Shown here in pieces: positions 40,166-54,691 of a stretch of DNA of 64,000 bases. Within the stretch, counting starts at the first letter, position 1. Each line of letters starts with the position of its first letter. The stretch spans positions 8,667,904 through 8,731,903 of the forward strand of contig OZ199838.1 in NCBI GenBank assembly GCA_964304625.1, in the 5' to 3' direction. This stretch comes from Kudoa neothunni. Lineage: Eukaryota > Animalia > Cnidaria. The notes below the pieces were generated by a model that did no database searches, was not told the origin of the DNA, and saw nothing but the letters and a program-made list of their open reading frames with translations. A program made the position numbers and the translations under genes.

Positions 40166-40809
40166 AAAGTGTAACAACCTGGGCTTTTAATATTAATATA
40201 TGTGCGCACGGCGATTCGGAAGACGCGTGCGTTTGTGGCACCTCTTGTTTGCACGCGTAGTTTAATTCCGATTCCATTATCTGCATATATATATGTTCAG
40301 TGATATATTAATCGTGCATTTTATGAATCAAGTGCCGCTTTAAAATATTTGTTTGTAACCGAGTTATTTTTCTTAAATTTAAGTTAAGTTACTGCAGGTT
40401 TTAGACGTATTTTATACATAATTTTACTTTATAATTGGGAACTATTTATGAAAACATAAAAAATGAGTCTAAACGTCGAATTTTTTGTTAAATTTCAAAA
40501 TTATGTCTCGGGAGTTTGATTTAAAAAAATACACCATAGATCAGGATCTCATACTCGGGGATACGCCCCACTGGTGGGACGGGCGCGCAAAATTTTAGGT
40601 AGGACACAGGGCATGGAAATTTTTGAAAGTTGAATTAACGCCTCTGGTGGGATGCGGAGAATCCTGAGCATTGATATAGCATGGACAAGGGCTCGCAAAT
40701 TGAACAATGTGGCGTACTATTAAATCAATAGCTCGATTTTTTATCTCTTTTATTTTTAGGTGACTATCAATATTATAAAACAACACCAAAAGCAATGACT
40801 AATTTTTAC

Positions 40810-43370
40810 GATAGTGTCTCCTGCCACAACATTGGTGCATGTGCAGAGGATTAAAGGATTATTTTTATTTCTTTCATTTTGCGCGTTGTGCTGCGAACAA
40901 TAAAACAAAAATCATTAATACCAACAAAATATATTTTTTCAAATACGTTAAGTACATCAGTTTGTAATTGTAGTTAATAAAATGTGAATTGTTGATATTA
41001 CCATCTTGGACGATTTTATACCATTATTTTTGTAAAAGTAAAAGTTTGGAGGAGTTAATAAGTTTCTAAATTTGACTAGAAACATCTATTTAACAAATAT
41101 CCTTTAATAATTCACGTGAGTTCTTAACTGATTAAGTGCATTGGTATGGCGGATAACACACATAGATTCTTTCACGGTCGATTTTATTCATATTCTGAAA
41201 TGAAACAATGTCTCGATGACTTTATAAAAGTATTAAATTAGAGAAATGTTGTATTTAAAAAAAATTAGAGTTCTGGATTTACATACAGAGTGGACAAGAG
41301 TGTCAAACTAAAGAACGATATCACACAGGATGAAAACAAAAAGTTAATTTACAGATATATCAAATACATTTGTCCCCATGAAGATAAAAACTCTAAAAAC
41401 AAATATTTAAAAGATTTCCAATCATCATTGATGAAAGGTTGTCCTGCATTCATTGTCATATCTTTTCGGGATGAGTCACTTAGTGTACTTAAATATGACA
41501 TCACCCATAATCATCCTAAATATGATGTAACTTATTACAAACACAGTCAAAATGTGTCTCATGAATTAAAAAGAACTTTGTCACAATGCTTCATTTGGGG
41601 TGCAGACAATAAACGAGTGAAAGAAACTCTCGAATCCGATCTCAATATTCCGTTTAGTTTAAAAAAAATACGAAATTTAAATCATCGCACGAAGAAGGAA
41701 TCCCAGGATTCGTTTGGTATAGATAATCTTACTAAAACATATAGTGGTGAATTATTACTTGATATCTATCAAAATAAAAATACGCACGAATTAAACGTTT
41801 TATGTTTCAGTACTCAAAATATGAAAAAATTGTATGTTGGTTATGGTGAAGTTTTACATATTGATGTCGCCTACAAAGTTAATAAAACAAGATACCCATT
41901 ATACCATTTCACTATTGTTGATTCATACGAACGTACACGTCCTGTTTTTTTCGCATTTGTAAAAGACGAATCCCAAGATTCCATTGATACAGTTATGTCT
42001 TCGTTTTGTAGATTAATGAATGAAGTGTCCATCACAGAAGTGGTTTTTGTTGATAAGGATTCCACAGAAATGAACTCGATAGAGGAATTCCTACCTAATG
42101 CTAGAATATTATTGTGTTCCTATCACGTTGAAAATTCTATGATTAAAAAAATTAAATCACTTGGATATAATCAACTTACAATGAACAAAATAAAGCTTCT
42201 TTCAAAAAAGATCATTTATTGCAAAACTTGGGGTGAATTTCTTTGTTACGTACATGAAATCAAGGGAATAAGTGATCCTTATTTCTCGTATCTCGTTAAT
42301 GTTGGTTGAAAAATCCGGAGATGTGGGCACAATGTTTGAGGAAAAACGCATTAACTTTCGGTTCCAACACAAATAAATAATAGAGTTGAACAGGCTCACG
42401 GTAAACTAAAAAATTTCTTATCAAAATCTTCGTTACCGGTCCAAATTGATGAAATTCTGCGGTATGTACGCATATTAGAAAGCGAATTTACCATCAAACA
42501 ACAACAACTATCCATGAAAACTTTAAGAATATCAGATGATCCAATTTTTAATTAACTTTTAAGTTGTTACCCACCATATGGTGTGGAAAAAATTATGGAT
42601 AATTATAAATCCGAGGAGTTTATCACAATGTGGGAACTTAAATCCAATTATTTTGTCCATCTGTTGTCTAACTCTGCTATGATTATTAAAACTAACGGAA
42701 CATTGATTTGTGACTGCCCCTTTTTCCATCAACACAAACTACCGTATGCCCATCTGTTAAATTTGATCAAAATACATGTCATAAAAATCGATTCACTTAT
42801 TATTCCACGATGGGCCCTTACAATTTTACCTCTCCAAACTTCGTTGAACTCCTTTTCAAAACAAGACACTGATGTAGTAAAGATAACTTCATCTGATTCA
42901 ATTATGAATGATGAAGAACTGAATGAATCGACTCCCGCTTATGAGGAATCTGAGAAAACAGAAAAAAATAACTTTAAAAATAACAAAAAACTGGCGGACA
43001 AACTGTTACATACACTAAATGCACTTGGAGGTAAAGAGTATTCCAGTTTATTCAAAGACATTACCTCATTATTGCAAAAATATGAAAGAAACAGAACTTA
43101 TTTTTGTGAAAATACCGCTGAAAACGTTGGAGGATCGTCCTATTTTATCGTTAATGAAGTTAAATCCAAAGGTAGACCCAAGGAAAAAACAAATTATGTG
43201 AAATATAGAAAATAATTTCATTAATGATTAATTGCATATCAAAAAATATATTTTGTTGGTATTAATGATTTTTGTTTTATTGTTCGCAGCACAACGCGCA
43301 AAATGAAAGAAATAAAAATAATCCTTTAATCCCCCGCGCACGCACCAATGTTGTGGCAGGAGACACTATC
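40810..43370 (+). mobile_element. Mutator (MULE) transposon, full-length
   Basis: About 130-bp TIRs (GATAGTGTCTCCTGCCACAACATTGGTGC...) with 4 mismatches; perfect 9-bp TSD AATTTTTAC. Confidence 0.97.
41290..43215 (+). pseudogene. MULE transposase (FAR1/ZSWIM3-like, SWIM finger), disrupted
   Basis: KGCPAF...HNHP, IDVAYKVNK..YPLY, VFVDKD, LLCSYHV, NNRVEQAH and SWIM-like CDCPFF..KLPYAH. Frameshifts and stops near 42300-42560. Confidence 0.9.
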
Positions 43371-43481
43371 AATTTTTACAAATAAATAATATTTAACATG
43401 GTCTTTTCCGGAATAGAATCAATATGGTTTTAATTCCAATATTGTCCCATTATCCCTCCCTGTACTGCACAGAAAAAAACT

Positions 43482-46400
43482 GGCAATGGGGAGTGTGTAG
43501 CACCTAAAAATCACTATCATGCGCATGTTCCTTCTTCACAATTTTTTCATGATTGTTTATAAGAAAATAAAATAATACCGAGAGCAAAGATTCAGCTCAA
43601 AATAACAACTTGTAAATTTTAACAATCCTTCATCCAAACATTGTCGGATGCACGTGCTATCTCTATCATGTGACAATAAACATTGAATACTCTCTTATTT
43701 TCAAATAAACCCTTACGTTCATGATTTATTATTTACAAAAATAATTTAATTTCTTTATTTGAACAACATACAAACAAAATTAATAAAATAATGAACTAGC
43801 TTAACACGTGTCAAGGAAATGGGTTCATTGTATTTTCTAGGATATGACGCTTTTTTTCATTGATTAATGATCCAATAAAATTATTTAAAGCATTGCCGGA
43901 CAAAGGGTACTTCGTTCTCATCTTCATAGGAGCTTTAATTGTTATAATTTTAAATGTTTTTCATTAACAAAGCGAAAATCAAATGTCAGAAGACCTATGC
44001 CAAAAATGACATCGTACGAGCGGAACGATTACGATTATATGTTTTACTGTTTTTGTAAAAAGTAATGACGTTTTCTCTAAAACCCACCTTAACGGGATTC
44101 AGATGCAAAACCAAGGTATCTCCGAAAAATGGGACGTTCTTTTTTATTTCAAGTTGCCATGATCCATCTCATAACCTGACGGTCCAAAGAATTTGTAAAA
44201 TTATTTATTACTGGCCCATGGATAATTCTATTTTATCCGCCTCCGAAATGATTAATTCAGACAAGAAAACGGTGGCTATGTGGTTTACGAAGCTTGGAGA
44301 TATTTGCATCCTCAACTTTAATCAACGAGTCAAATTTGGTGGAGAAGGCTTCGTAGTTGAAATAGACGAAACTCTTCTCCGTGGAAAACGAAAAAATAAT
44401 CGTGACCGTTATATTAAAAAGAGATGTTTGGAAGACGTCTCTAAACAAAGAATTTGTTGATCTAAGTGATTGTCTCTATTATTTCATGCATCGTATTTCT
44501 TTATTATGGCTTGTTATACTTTTAATCTTATTGCAATCGATGATATGAGCGGAAACCAATATGAGCCATCAGAGAGCGTAGTATCGGATAATTCCTCAAG
44601 TAATATGATTATCTTGTTCAATTTATTTAAGTATATAAATTCAGCTTGAAAAGAAAGATATGGTAACTGTATTGATGGACCGTGGATATTTGGCTTGGCA
44701 CTATGTCATGTCGACGACAATAACAAAAGGTGGCTCAAAGAGGTTCGATAATTCTACGTTGAAAAAAGAAAATCTGAAACTCTGACCGAAATTATCAAGA
44801 ATGAAGTCATTTCTGAGTCGACCAGTTTTAGTGATGAGCGGTCTACCTACAATAATTTATCATCACTTGGTTATAATCATATCAAAATTAATCATTCTAT
44901 AGAATATGTTCGCAGTGGGCTTCACACCAATACCATCGACGCCTGCTGGGGAAGACTGGAAACAAAATTCGTAGGAATACAAAGAGGAGTTTCTTTGGAA
45001 ATTTTAGAAGAATATTATATGAGAAATGGTTCAGATCAATTTATGGGAAAAAATTTGAACTTTTAAATAACGTTTTTAGGATGATTAAATATACTACGAA
45101 TTAATAAATACATCTCTATCTATAAATATGCAAAAATTATTAAATTAATGGCATTGTAACTCTTTTTAATACCTAGAGAATATATGTGGTATATTATAAT
45201 ATACAGTCGAGATTGGATATTGCGTAATTTAAGATTTTCGATATGAAGATATTTACATTGTGACTTAATTTTAGAGTTATATCATTACTTTATTTATTAA
45301 ATTAATTATATAGAATAAAAATAAAAAAATATTTTTTCTACATGCCTCTGATTTAGTATTGCGTAAAACCTTTTTATTGCTTAACGTAAATTACCAACGT
45401 GACTCGATATTGCGTGATTTCATCTTCAATATGCCCAGGGAGCAGCCTTAAATTTCCGAGAAAATTAGAATAATACAATATTACAATTCAATAAAATCAA
45501 TAAAGGGCACAGAGAAAATGACGGTTGGAAAGTTTAAACTTAATGGTATGATTATTTTTAATCGATAACAATTTATTTGTTAAAGAGCATTCAACGCTTG
45601 ACAGAATTCTTTCTCATGAAACCAAGCTGAAAAATTCAGATGTTGCAGGAAATAGGAAGAGGCATTCAAATGGAAGATTTATCAATATAGACGAAAAGTT
45701 TATGAATGGTTTATCAAAAAACGCACCAATGGTCACATTATTTCTGGTGACGTAATACTTGAAATAGCCACCATAATTGCCAGAAAGAATGACGTTCAAA
45801 ATTTTAAAGCAAGCAGGGGTTGGCTAGCGGGGTTTAAAAAAAGGTTTGGAATCATTTTCAAGCATTTTCATGGTGAAGCTGCGAGCGCTAACGTCGCGTC
45901 TATTGATTCGTGGATCTATGAAAATAAAAATTTGATAAGCATATACAGCCCAAAAATATAATTAATATTGACGAAACTGGTTTGTTTTATGAGAAATTAC
46001 AGAACAGTAGTTATTTCTTAAAAGAAGAAAATGACATTAAAGGTAAAAAGCTATCGAAAAAAAGAATAACGATTTTGGTATCGTGCTCTTTAAGCGGAGA
46101 AAAGTTGCCCTTAGTCGTAATTGGGAAATACCAAAACCCCAGGTGCTTCAAGGGGGTAAAAAATTTACCTTATGAGTATTATGCCCAACAAAATTGTTGG
46201 ATGACATCTGCTATTTTTTCCAGATACTGAAAAAAATTAAATTTTAAAATGGAGTCAGAACAACGAAAAATACTACAAGTGTTTTATAGCCACTCGATCT
46301 CGGAGTGATTAATTGTCTTAAAAGTAGATATAAAAAAATATTGTGTAGCCATATAGCATTATGTGATGATTCGTTAAATAATAAATTTACATTACTTAAT

Positions 46401-48002
46401 GCAATCTTGACACTCCAAGAAGCATGGAACAGTATTCCACCTGAAATTATTGTCAACTATTTTAAAAAGTCGGGAATATTTAGCGAAAGTAAAAGCTAAT
46501 GCGAACTGCAAAAATTAATCCATTATCATAGGAGATACAGAGACGGAAACAAATGATAAAATTTTCGAAGATGAAGAGAGTATAAATATACAACAAAATT
46601 TTAATATTTTTATAGTCGAGGAGGAAACATGGGAGAGCAACTTTGATGATGATAACTTACCTACTTGTGAAGATGATAACGGCGATGTCTTAATATCAAC
46701 AGTGAATCCAATTCAGAATGAAATCGAATCTGATGAGGAAGAACCAAAAGTTCCAATAATAGATATAAAGCATGTCGCAAGTACATTAAGGAAGGTGTTT
46801 ATTCAGGAAGATCCATCTGGACTCATCGATCTTCATCCGATAATGGATCGAATTTTAAAAATATCATCTCAAAGATGGTACTAAACTAAAATTACTTCAT
46901 TTTTTCATAAAAATTAATAATTTTGTCTGGTTGAGTTAAATTAAATTCCTTATATTTATTTTATTTCATTAGCAATGATTTAAAGTAGGATAAACGCACG
47001 AAACAAATTTAAATCGAATATTTTTACAAGTGCGCAATATCGAATCTCGACTGTATATAGATTTAAAATACAATCCTAATATGATTATAAAAATAATAAT
47101 ATAATAAAATATATACAATCCATACTAGGTTAAATATTAAATGCGTTTTAATCAAAATAAAATAAATCTAATAGAATCATTTTGTGAATTAAGAATAACA
47201 ATAAATAATTTTTTACCTCTAAACATAATATCTCAATGAAGATTCCTTTATTATATAATTCTTTTACTATTTCCAAAAGATTTATTGACTAGAAAAATCT
47301 AATGTCATATTAAAATTTTCTATAAGATAATTTTTTAGCAATGAAATTAATATGTAGATTGAACAATAAAACTTTTAAATTATGGAATTATTGTCACCGT
47401 TTTTATAATTTTAATTGAGAATTGTGCGATGTTTACAACATAGATATATAATATTGCTCATAAATTTTAATAATATAGTAATAAATGAACAAATATATTA
47501 TTCTAAACAGGTTGCGTATAAATTGTGGCAATTACTGTGATAATCGTTAATAACATTTATAATAAAATTTGATTCTAGCTCCCATTTTTATTTATCAACG
47601 ACGAACTGTTATATAAATACTTTTCAATAAGATATTTGTACACATTAATAGTTAATAGAAAATATGATGTTTTTGTGAATATGCGAAAAGCCTTTTTTTA
47701 AGTTAGTCAATTGAAGTTATTATATTTAAATATAAAAAAATCTAAATAATGATAACATATAACAGTCAGTTAATAAGTGGAGAGAAAAAGAAAATATTCA
47801 ATGTTTATTGCCACACGATGGATATTGCACGTGCATCCGACAGTGTTCGGGTTAAGAAATGTTAGAATTTAGAAGTTGTTATTTAGAGCTGAATCTTTGC
47901 TGTCGGTATTATTTTATTTTATTATAAACAATCGTGAAAAAATTAGGAGGAAGGAACATGCGCAAGATAGTGATTTCAGGTGCAACACACTCCCCCATTA
48001 CC
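43482..48002 (+). mobile_element. Merlin transposon with about 220-bp TIRs; transposase pseudogene about 43830-45100
   Basis: GG(C/T)AATGGGG.AGTGTGT.GCACCT inverted ends (43482-43700 / 47780-48002). GGEGFVVEIDETLLRGKRK, GPWIFGL, INHSIEYV..GLHTNTIDACWG. 8-bp TSD decayed. Confidence 0.9.
45204..47053 (+). mobile_element. pogo/Tigger (Tc1-mariner superfamily) transposon nested in Merlin; TIGD-like transposase pseudogene
   Basis: TA|CAGTCGAGATTGGATATTGCG ... CGCAATATCGAATCTCGACTG|TA. FKASRGWLAGFKKR, NIDETGLFY, LPLVVIGKYQNPRCFK, WMTSAIF and PLDLGVI motifs. Confidence 0.95.
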
Positions 48003-48309
48003 TTAAAAGTTGTATGTATTATTTTATAGGTATTATCAATATACTAAAATTAATGTATAAACATTATGCTTGGTGAGACTATTGGATGGGTGTAATTACG
48101 AATAAGAACGATTATTTTATCGTAAAATTTTTTAATGGAATAAAATAATAAATTTAAAGGTTAATTTAATTTAATATAATATATTAACTAGAGAATATTT
48201 TGATCACCTAATTAAATCCTATACCTATCGTTTGTGTACAAAAAACGGATCATTATTTGGTTCGAAGTATCCCGATATTTTTACCTAGGGATCACAGAAA
48301 TAAATCAAC

Positions 48310-51300
48310 ATGTACGACAAGATGACAATTCCCAGCGATATGGTAGTTGTATTTTGATTTTAATTTAATCGAGAAAATTCTTTAGAGCAGTGTGATGTCA
48401 TATGTGCTCAAAACAATGGTTCATAGGTTTGATCCCACTATTTGTAAATTATAATATTTAATATTAAAAATAGAGACCCAGGGTATAAGCAAATGGAAAG
48501 AGAACGCTTAGAAAAACAAAAACTGCAATATGAACAACTACTTCATTCTGTTCTTAACAGTGATGTGATTACATTGAGGACTTGGTTGTTAATTCGAAAT
48601 TAGAAAATGAGGACACCATTAAAAAGTGCATCTATCTATATAGTGATATATCTAATAAGATAAGAAGTAATGTGTATTGCATTATTCGTGTTATAATTGA
48701 TTGAAAAATAATAATGATCGTATTAGCTACCAAGGCAAATATTAAGTCATTAAAAGAACGGCTGGTGACATGTAAAAATGTGATGAGCTTAGATTACGAA
48801 AACCTAGCCTATCTCTTCCACAATAGTGCTATGTACAATGAGACAATGACACTTTTGGATAAAATGTGTTTTTTCGAAATTATCAAATTAATATTTAACC
48901 ATCTATGATTAGAGAAAAAATTTATGAACGTATCTTCAATGATCGATCAGTACATTATTCAAAAAGAGTACGTTGAAGGAGCGAGACTGTTGAAAACAAC
49001 GTGTAATTTGTTGTTTTTTAATTGGATAACAGTAAGGTACATATCTATGATAGTTGAAAATTATGATAATTTATTACATCATGTGAATGCACTATCTATA
49101 ATAAGAATAGATTTAGATGCCAAATTCCAAGTAATAAAAACAAATCTGCCACGTTCCATAAATTCTTTGTTTAGAAGTACTACGAGTTTTTGATCCAGGA
49201 AACGTTTCAAGTGTTATTCGAAATGACGCTGTCAGCTGATTTGGGTATTTTCAGCTATTGGTATTCCTGGGGTCACTTAGCGGCCTTCCTAAAATTAAAA
49301 ATTGCACATGCGCGATAGATATTTTGGAGCGCCAAAACTTTTTATTTTTAGTTTATTAGTCAGCGAAATACGTTCTGCTTTAACTTTCAATTGAAATAAG
49401 ATTTAATTAATTGAAATTAGAATTTATACTACTTTTTCAGTAAAATTTTTATCTTTTATATATTGGCTTATCAAAGTTCTTATGTTATGTTTATTGACTT
49501 TTACTAGTAAAGTCACTAATCCAGCGTTTTGGTTAAAATCAATGATCTCTGATTCATTGCTACGCTCTAAGTAACAAAAAATAGTTAATTAAAGCAGATT
49601 GCGAAAACTAAATTGTACCTACTGGCCATAAAATGACGTTTTCAGGTTAAGTTAATGCTTCTCAAATTGGGGGTACCCGCATCTATATGGGTTCGATCTA
49701 ATGATTTAGGGATGCGAGATTGGATAAGATTTGGAAATAACTTTTAAGGGTTTTTTTGAGTAAATGATCAATTTTCCACCATGCTAATAGTAAAAACTTT
49801 ATGAATACATCGGTAGATTTATTAGTTTTGACTCATTCTTTTAAATGATGCAGGAATATCATACGAGACGTGTTTAATTCAAAAAATTAATGAATGAGAC
49901 TTCTAAATTACTTTATTAACTTAGAAATGAGTCTGACAATCAATACAAACGAAAGTAAAAAAAATCATTTTATATCGACAAATTTATCTTTACTTAATTC
50001 TTGGAGCTAGTATTATATTGTGTACCACGTTAATTACCCTTGAAATTTTGAGTGAGCTAAGTCGTATCTCGTAGGGGTCGGTGACCGATATGACCGGAAG
50101 AGCCAATTATTGAAGGCGGAAAGAATTTTTTCACTTACGGAGCCGCGCATTGAATATAGGCCTGAAAGTAAAAATATTTACTTTTGAAACCATGAGAACA
50201 TACATTTCAGAAAAATCCGGGAGAAATTATCGAATTAGCCCCTCTATGCGCTTGTCTATACCAAATTAACCTATTATTTTGATTATTAATATACTCAATA
50301 AAGGAGGAAATAATAAAATTAAAAAAATGCACCTGAATTTGTGATTACTTCAATTAATATTGTAACTTCGTTTTCAATAATTTCCATTATGATGAATTAG
50401 AAATTCTAGCATTAACTTCTATATAAAAAATTCGTTTTCATGAATATTATCGTCAATTTAATTATTTCAAAATATTTTATATGAGGTGTCTCTGTATTAA
50501 AACTAAAGAACGTTAATAATTCAGGAGAGTTCTTTTAATGAGAATGTATGTATAAAGACTTTTATGTAAACAAGTTTACAAAGAAAAATTTGTAAACTGG
50601 AAAAACAATCAACACTTCCTTAAGTCGATTTAAAATTTAGAAAAGTTTATTTTTAAGGAGTTTTAGTTTAATACCAACCTTTTTATTAAGGAGAAATTTT
50701 GATTAGTGATAAAAAATAATTGTTTGATTTAAAAACAGATAAAATTAAGATTATTCAGAGTTATTGTGTCTTGTTAATAATTGCAAATTAAGAAAGTTGG
50801 TTCAAGTTAGTGATGTTGGAGTACCATACATTCTTTCAAAACTCATATATTTTCATTAAAAATTGATTTATGTCTGATGATAATTAAAAATTTTAACGTA
50901 GTAATGAGTTCAGCGACTAGGAGTTACGTAATTTCTTCGCGTTTTAGCCTTAGATATTGTAGTTTACATCCGGCACATAAGGTGGGGGAGACGCACTTAT
51001 AATTTTAAAGAGCCACTTGCGGACCACCAGCCGCAGGTTGCCGACCCCTGAAATAGTCAGTGCCTAAAATAAGCCCCGAAAAATTCTTAAAAATTGGACT
51101 TTTAAAATCGGCGAAAATAGGTTTTAATCGAAAATTGAAAAACCTAAGTATAATACCCCCCCCCCCCTAATTTTTTTAGAGGATTAATTATTATTCCACT
51201 AAACTATTGATATTAAGAAAATTTACTAGGTCTGTCCTTATTTCTATATAATGGTCTGTGATGACGGCTAATTACAATTGATTGTTGCTAAATGTTTTTA

Positions 51301-54300
51301 CCCCAGAGTGTTGAAGACATATGTAGTTGATTATATATATTTTTTGAAATTAGATAAGTCGGTAAAATCCAATCAAATGAACCTATCAGTAATAGAGAAT
51401 TTATTATGTGATCTCACAACAAGTCTAATTATGATAAACAAATTGCCGGATGTTATCCTACTATTTCAAAACAATATCTATCGAGCTCTAGAGAAGATTA
51501 TTGTTGATGTGATTGATGAGTATTCAACAAAGTAGTCTAATCTGTGGTTTTCATTGATCAACATACTCATTCATGGTTTTCGTTGTAGACAACACGATCG
51601 GCTTTTAAGTTCATATAAAAATGTGTGTTTTTATCCTAATTCAAATTATATATATATATATATATATATTATATGTGAAAGTAGGAATCGAGCAGCATAC
51701 GAATATTCTCCACATTGTTGGGAACAATATTGGAAAAATTTAAAACTGTTTCTGATCATGTCAAATGTTTTTTCACTGTCATATCCACACGAGATTTGAC
51801 CTCGTTACAAAAAGAATTATATGTCGATGAAAGTGAACATTCTGAAAGTAATTTATTGTTCGATCATCATCATTAGAATATAATAGTGGTAGGTGTAAAA
51901 AACCAGCAGGCTCAACATAATACACTTTTATATGATTTAAACGAGAACATGAAGACGGTTTGGCTTCAAATTCATTATGCGGTAAGATCTGTAGTAATTG
52001 TGTCTGTGTAGTAAATTGTGATTGTTTGAAGTTGGAAGCATTTCTAAGTTGTTACTTACCTGTTTCAACCCAAGCCATTCGTGCTAATATCATCTCTAAA
52101 GGTATGTAGCTAAATTTTTCTAACAAAAAATAATACAGTCATTATATAGACCATATTGGAGATGACTTTATCGCTCAAATATTCTCATCTAGATATAACC
52201 AAACTCCCAAATTTCAATCAACTTTATTTTGTTTTGATAGTAATGCTATTCCAGGTGCTGTCAGTGACATAAATAACAATCCATTTAAATCAATTGTAAA
52301 TAGAATAAATGATTTTTGTTTTAATGTTGATGGATCTACTTTTCAACGATATGTATTAGATACAAAATGATACGGAGTTTTCTCCCAACATGGATTCTTT
52401 AACATATAAAGATGGGAATATCTTTAAAGTTTCTAATTTGTTGCTATACAATGTTTGATCTAAAGGTAAATGTAGAAAGATGATTCCACACACAACCAAC
52501 TAATAAAAATTGATAATTCAGCCAAAGTTTCATGGTTAATTCTCAAACAAAACTATCACTATATTGGATGTAACTTTGAGAATTTAATGTTTTGTGATAA
52601 TTCGATGTGATAGATGTTTACCAAACCTTGGTTACATTTTTAGAGAATGGATCGGCATATCTTGAAGATTACTCGGGGTAGGTTCTGTTTGTGCGAATCA
52701 GTTGTCAACTTCATTTGATCATATAATGCTTATGGCGCCATTTAGATATGTTGGAACACTGAATAACTATATTGTTGACTACACTGATAATATCTATATT
52801 CCCAATGTGAAGGATGAATTCTGTGAAAAATTAAACAAGTTAATGGATGGTTAGCTTTAAATAAATTAGAAAATTATTATTTACCTAATCAATCATAGAT
52901 CCCACTTTGCTGTTCACATTGGGTACAATGAATTATTGGAAAATATCTGTTAGGGATTCTCCAGTTACCATAGTAATTTTGTTAAGTTTGAAAATTTGTC
53001 ATAAGGCTTGAATTAATCTGATCTCATGGATGTAGGGAGTGCTGGCATTATTTGATGAGACTCTGTGTTTTATCCGACAACTGGGTTTAATTCCTCACTA
53101 TTCCAACACATATATTGAGATTGTGGTGGAACGTGTGAAGAAATTTTTTAAATGTGTACAACAGCTTTCTGGAAAAGTTATACAACCCAGAGATCGATGA
53201 TATTCATCAAATGGTTCCTCAACTAATTAACTCTAAAAACGATCCCGCTGAAAACGAGTCCAAACACAAACCAGTAGTAGTTATGAGTTTTGAGTTGGCT
53301 TTAAGTTCCACCTTCCGTGATCATTACCAAGCATTCATGGCTAAATTTAACGAACCAAACAGAAAATCAAACAACTCGGCCAACTTAGCATACTATGAGG
53401 TATTTTATTTTGAAATTTATTATTTTTGAAATAATCAACTAATATGCGCACTTTTTAGAGTTACAACTATATTGTAAAATATCTTTCAGAACGTAAACTG
53501 AAGGAATATAATCTAATCCAGAAAAATATTCACTTAAAAACTCTGGTGACGGCTCTTGAAAGTTTGGTAAGTGAATCAAATATTTTTTCTTGATATTATT
53601 ATTGATGATGGATTTATGTATATATGGATAATTTTTATTTGTGGGTTTTGTTTAAATTGTAAATGTCAAGGACTGGATTCATGAGGTGATGAACGAAATC
53701 TACAAGTATCTGAAGGATATTAAACGCCACAAAAATATCATAAATGGCAGTCAACTTCCATTGAGTGTTGATATTAACGCCAATCTAAGAGATGTATACA
53801 ATAAAATGATTTGTTTTGGGGCTGTGGAGTTGTGAAACATTGATAATCATTTGTATAGCATGTGGCTTCGGTTATCATGGAAAAGTCCCTAGAATTGTTG
53901 AAATCGTCAGTGCAGTTGATTCGCGAAAATTACGATATGCTGAAATTGGCCATTCATCTTGAGGTTCGAATAAGATGTTTGTTTAATTTAGTTCCTTTTT
54001 TCGATCCCGTAATAATGCGAATATGTGCCAAAAGTTTTTACAGATTTATTTAGCAAAACTTTTTCATAACCACTGCCGACACCACAATAGATCCTATAAT
54101 TTTACATGTTGTTACAGATATTCTTGATTTTGTTGATATTTGTCAGAATTATTTGCATATAACCAATTCGAGGTAATATTTACATTAAGTATACAAAATT
54201 TTGATTGATTAAAGTGAAATAAATATATTTTAGATTTGTATTCTCTGGGCTTTCGATATTTCTCAGTAACTGTTTATTGATGCAGTTGCGAGTATCAAAA

Positions 54301-54691
54301 AGATTAATCAAAATGGAATTGATAAAATGTATATTTTTTATGTGATTAAATTATAAGTGACGATTGTTTTAAGGCTTCATAATATTTCTGCGCTGAAAAG
54401 AGATCTTTCTGGATGTGATTTTGTTGCCGGTTCCCTTGATATAGCTATTGTCTACTATGAAATGCTTAACAAAACTCCAGACGTAACTCATCTCATTCAC
54501 ACTTTGGTGTTTTTTGAGAGCTAACTGGCTGGGTTTAGGAAATATTCGAGGACATCAAAGAACATGGTGCTCAATTTACCCTTCAAGAATACACCTGGAT
54601 TATTAAATTGATTTCCTCCATTAATTCTTTTACCGAAGAAACCATAAAATCACTTTCAGAGCAACTTGATGTGCTTTTCAATGGCCCATAG
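48310..54691 (+). CDS. EXOC4: Exocyst complex component 4 (Sec8), multi-exon
   Basis: N-terminal ERERLEKQ..., KANIKSLKERLVTCK, KEYVEGARLL; C-terminal LAIHLEVRIRCLFNL, IKKINQNGIDKM, YYEML, HGAQFTLQEY. ATG at 48310, TAG at 54689-54691; about 2.1-kb intron at 49245-51353. Confidence 0.88.
50072..51050. mobile_element. hAT (Charlie-like) non-autonomous element in an EXOC4 intron
   Basis: TAGGGGTCGGTGACC ... GGTTGCCGACCCCTG with AGAGCCA motifs near both ends; 3' end resembles 1105-1149; TSD not conserved. Confidence 0.7.
51646..51668. repeat. (TA)n microsatellite in an EXOC4 intron
   Basis: tatatatatatatatatatatat. Confidence 0.85.

Larger units (their letters stand above)
40542..43452. mobile_element. 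hAT MITE family A, copy 3, split by the Mutator insertion and 3'-truncated
   Basis: 40610-40800 and 43380-43450 are colinear with about 1908-2182 of copy 1; preceded by CCATAGAT. Confidence 0.75.
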
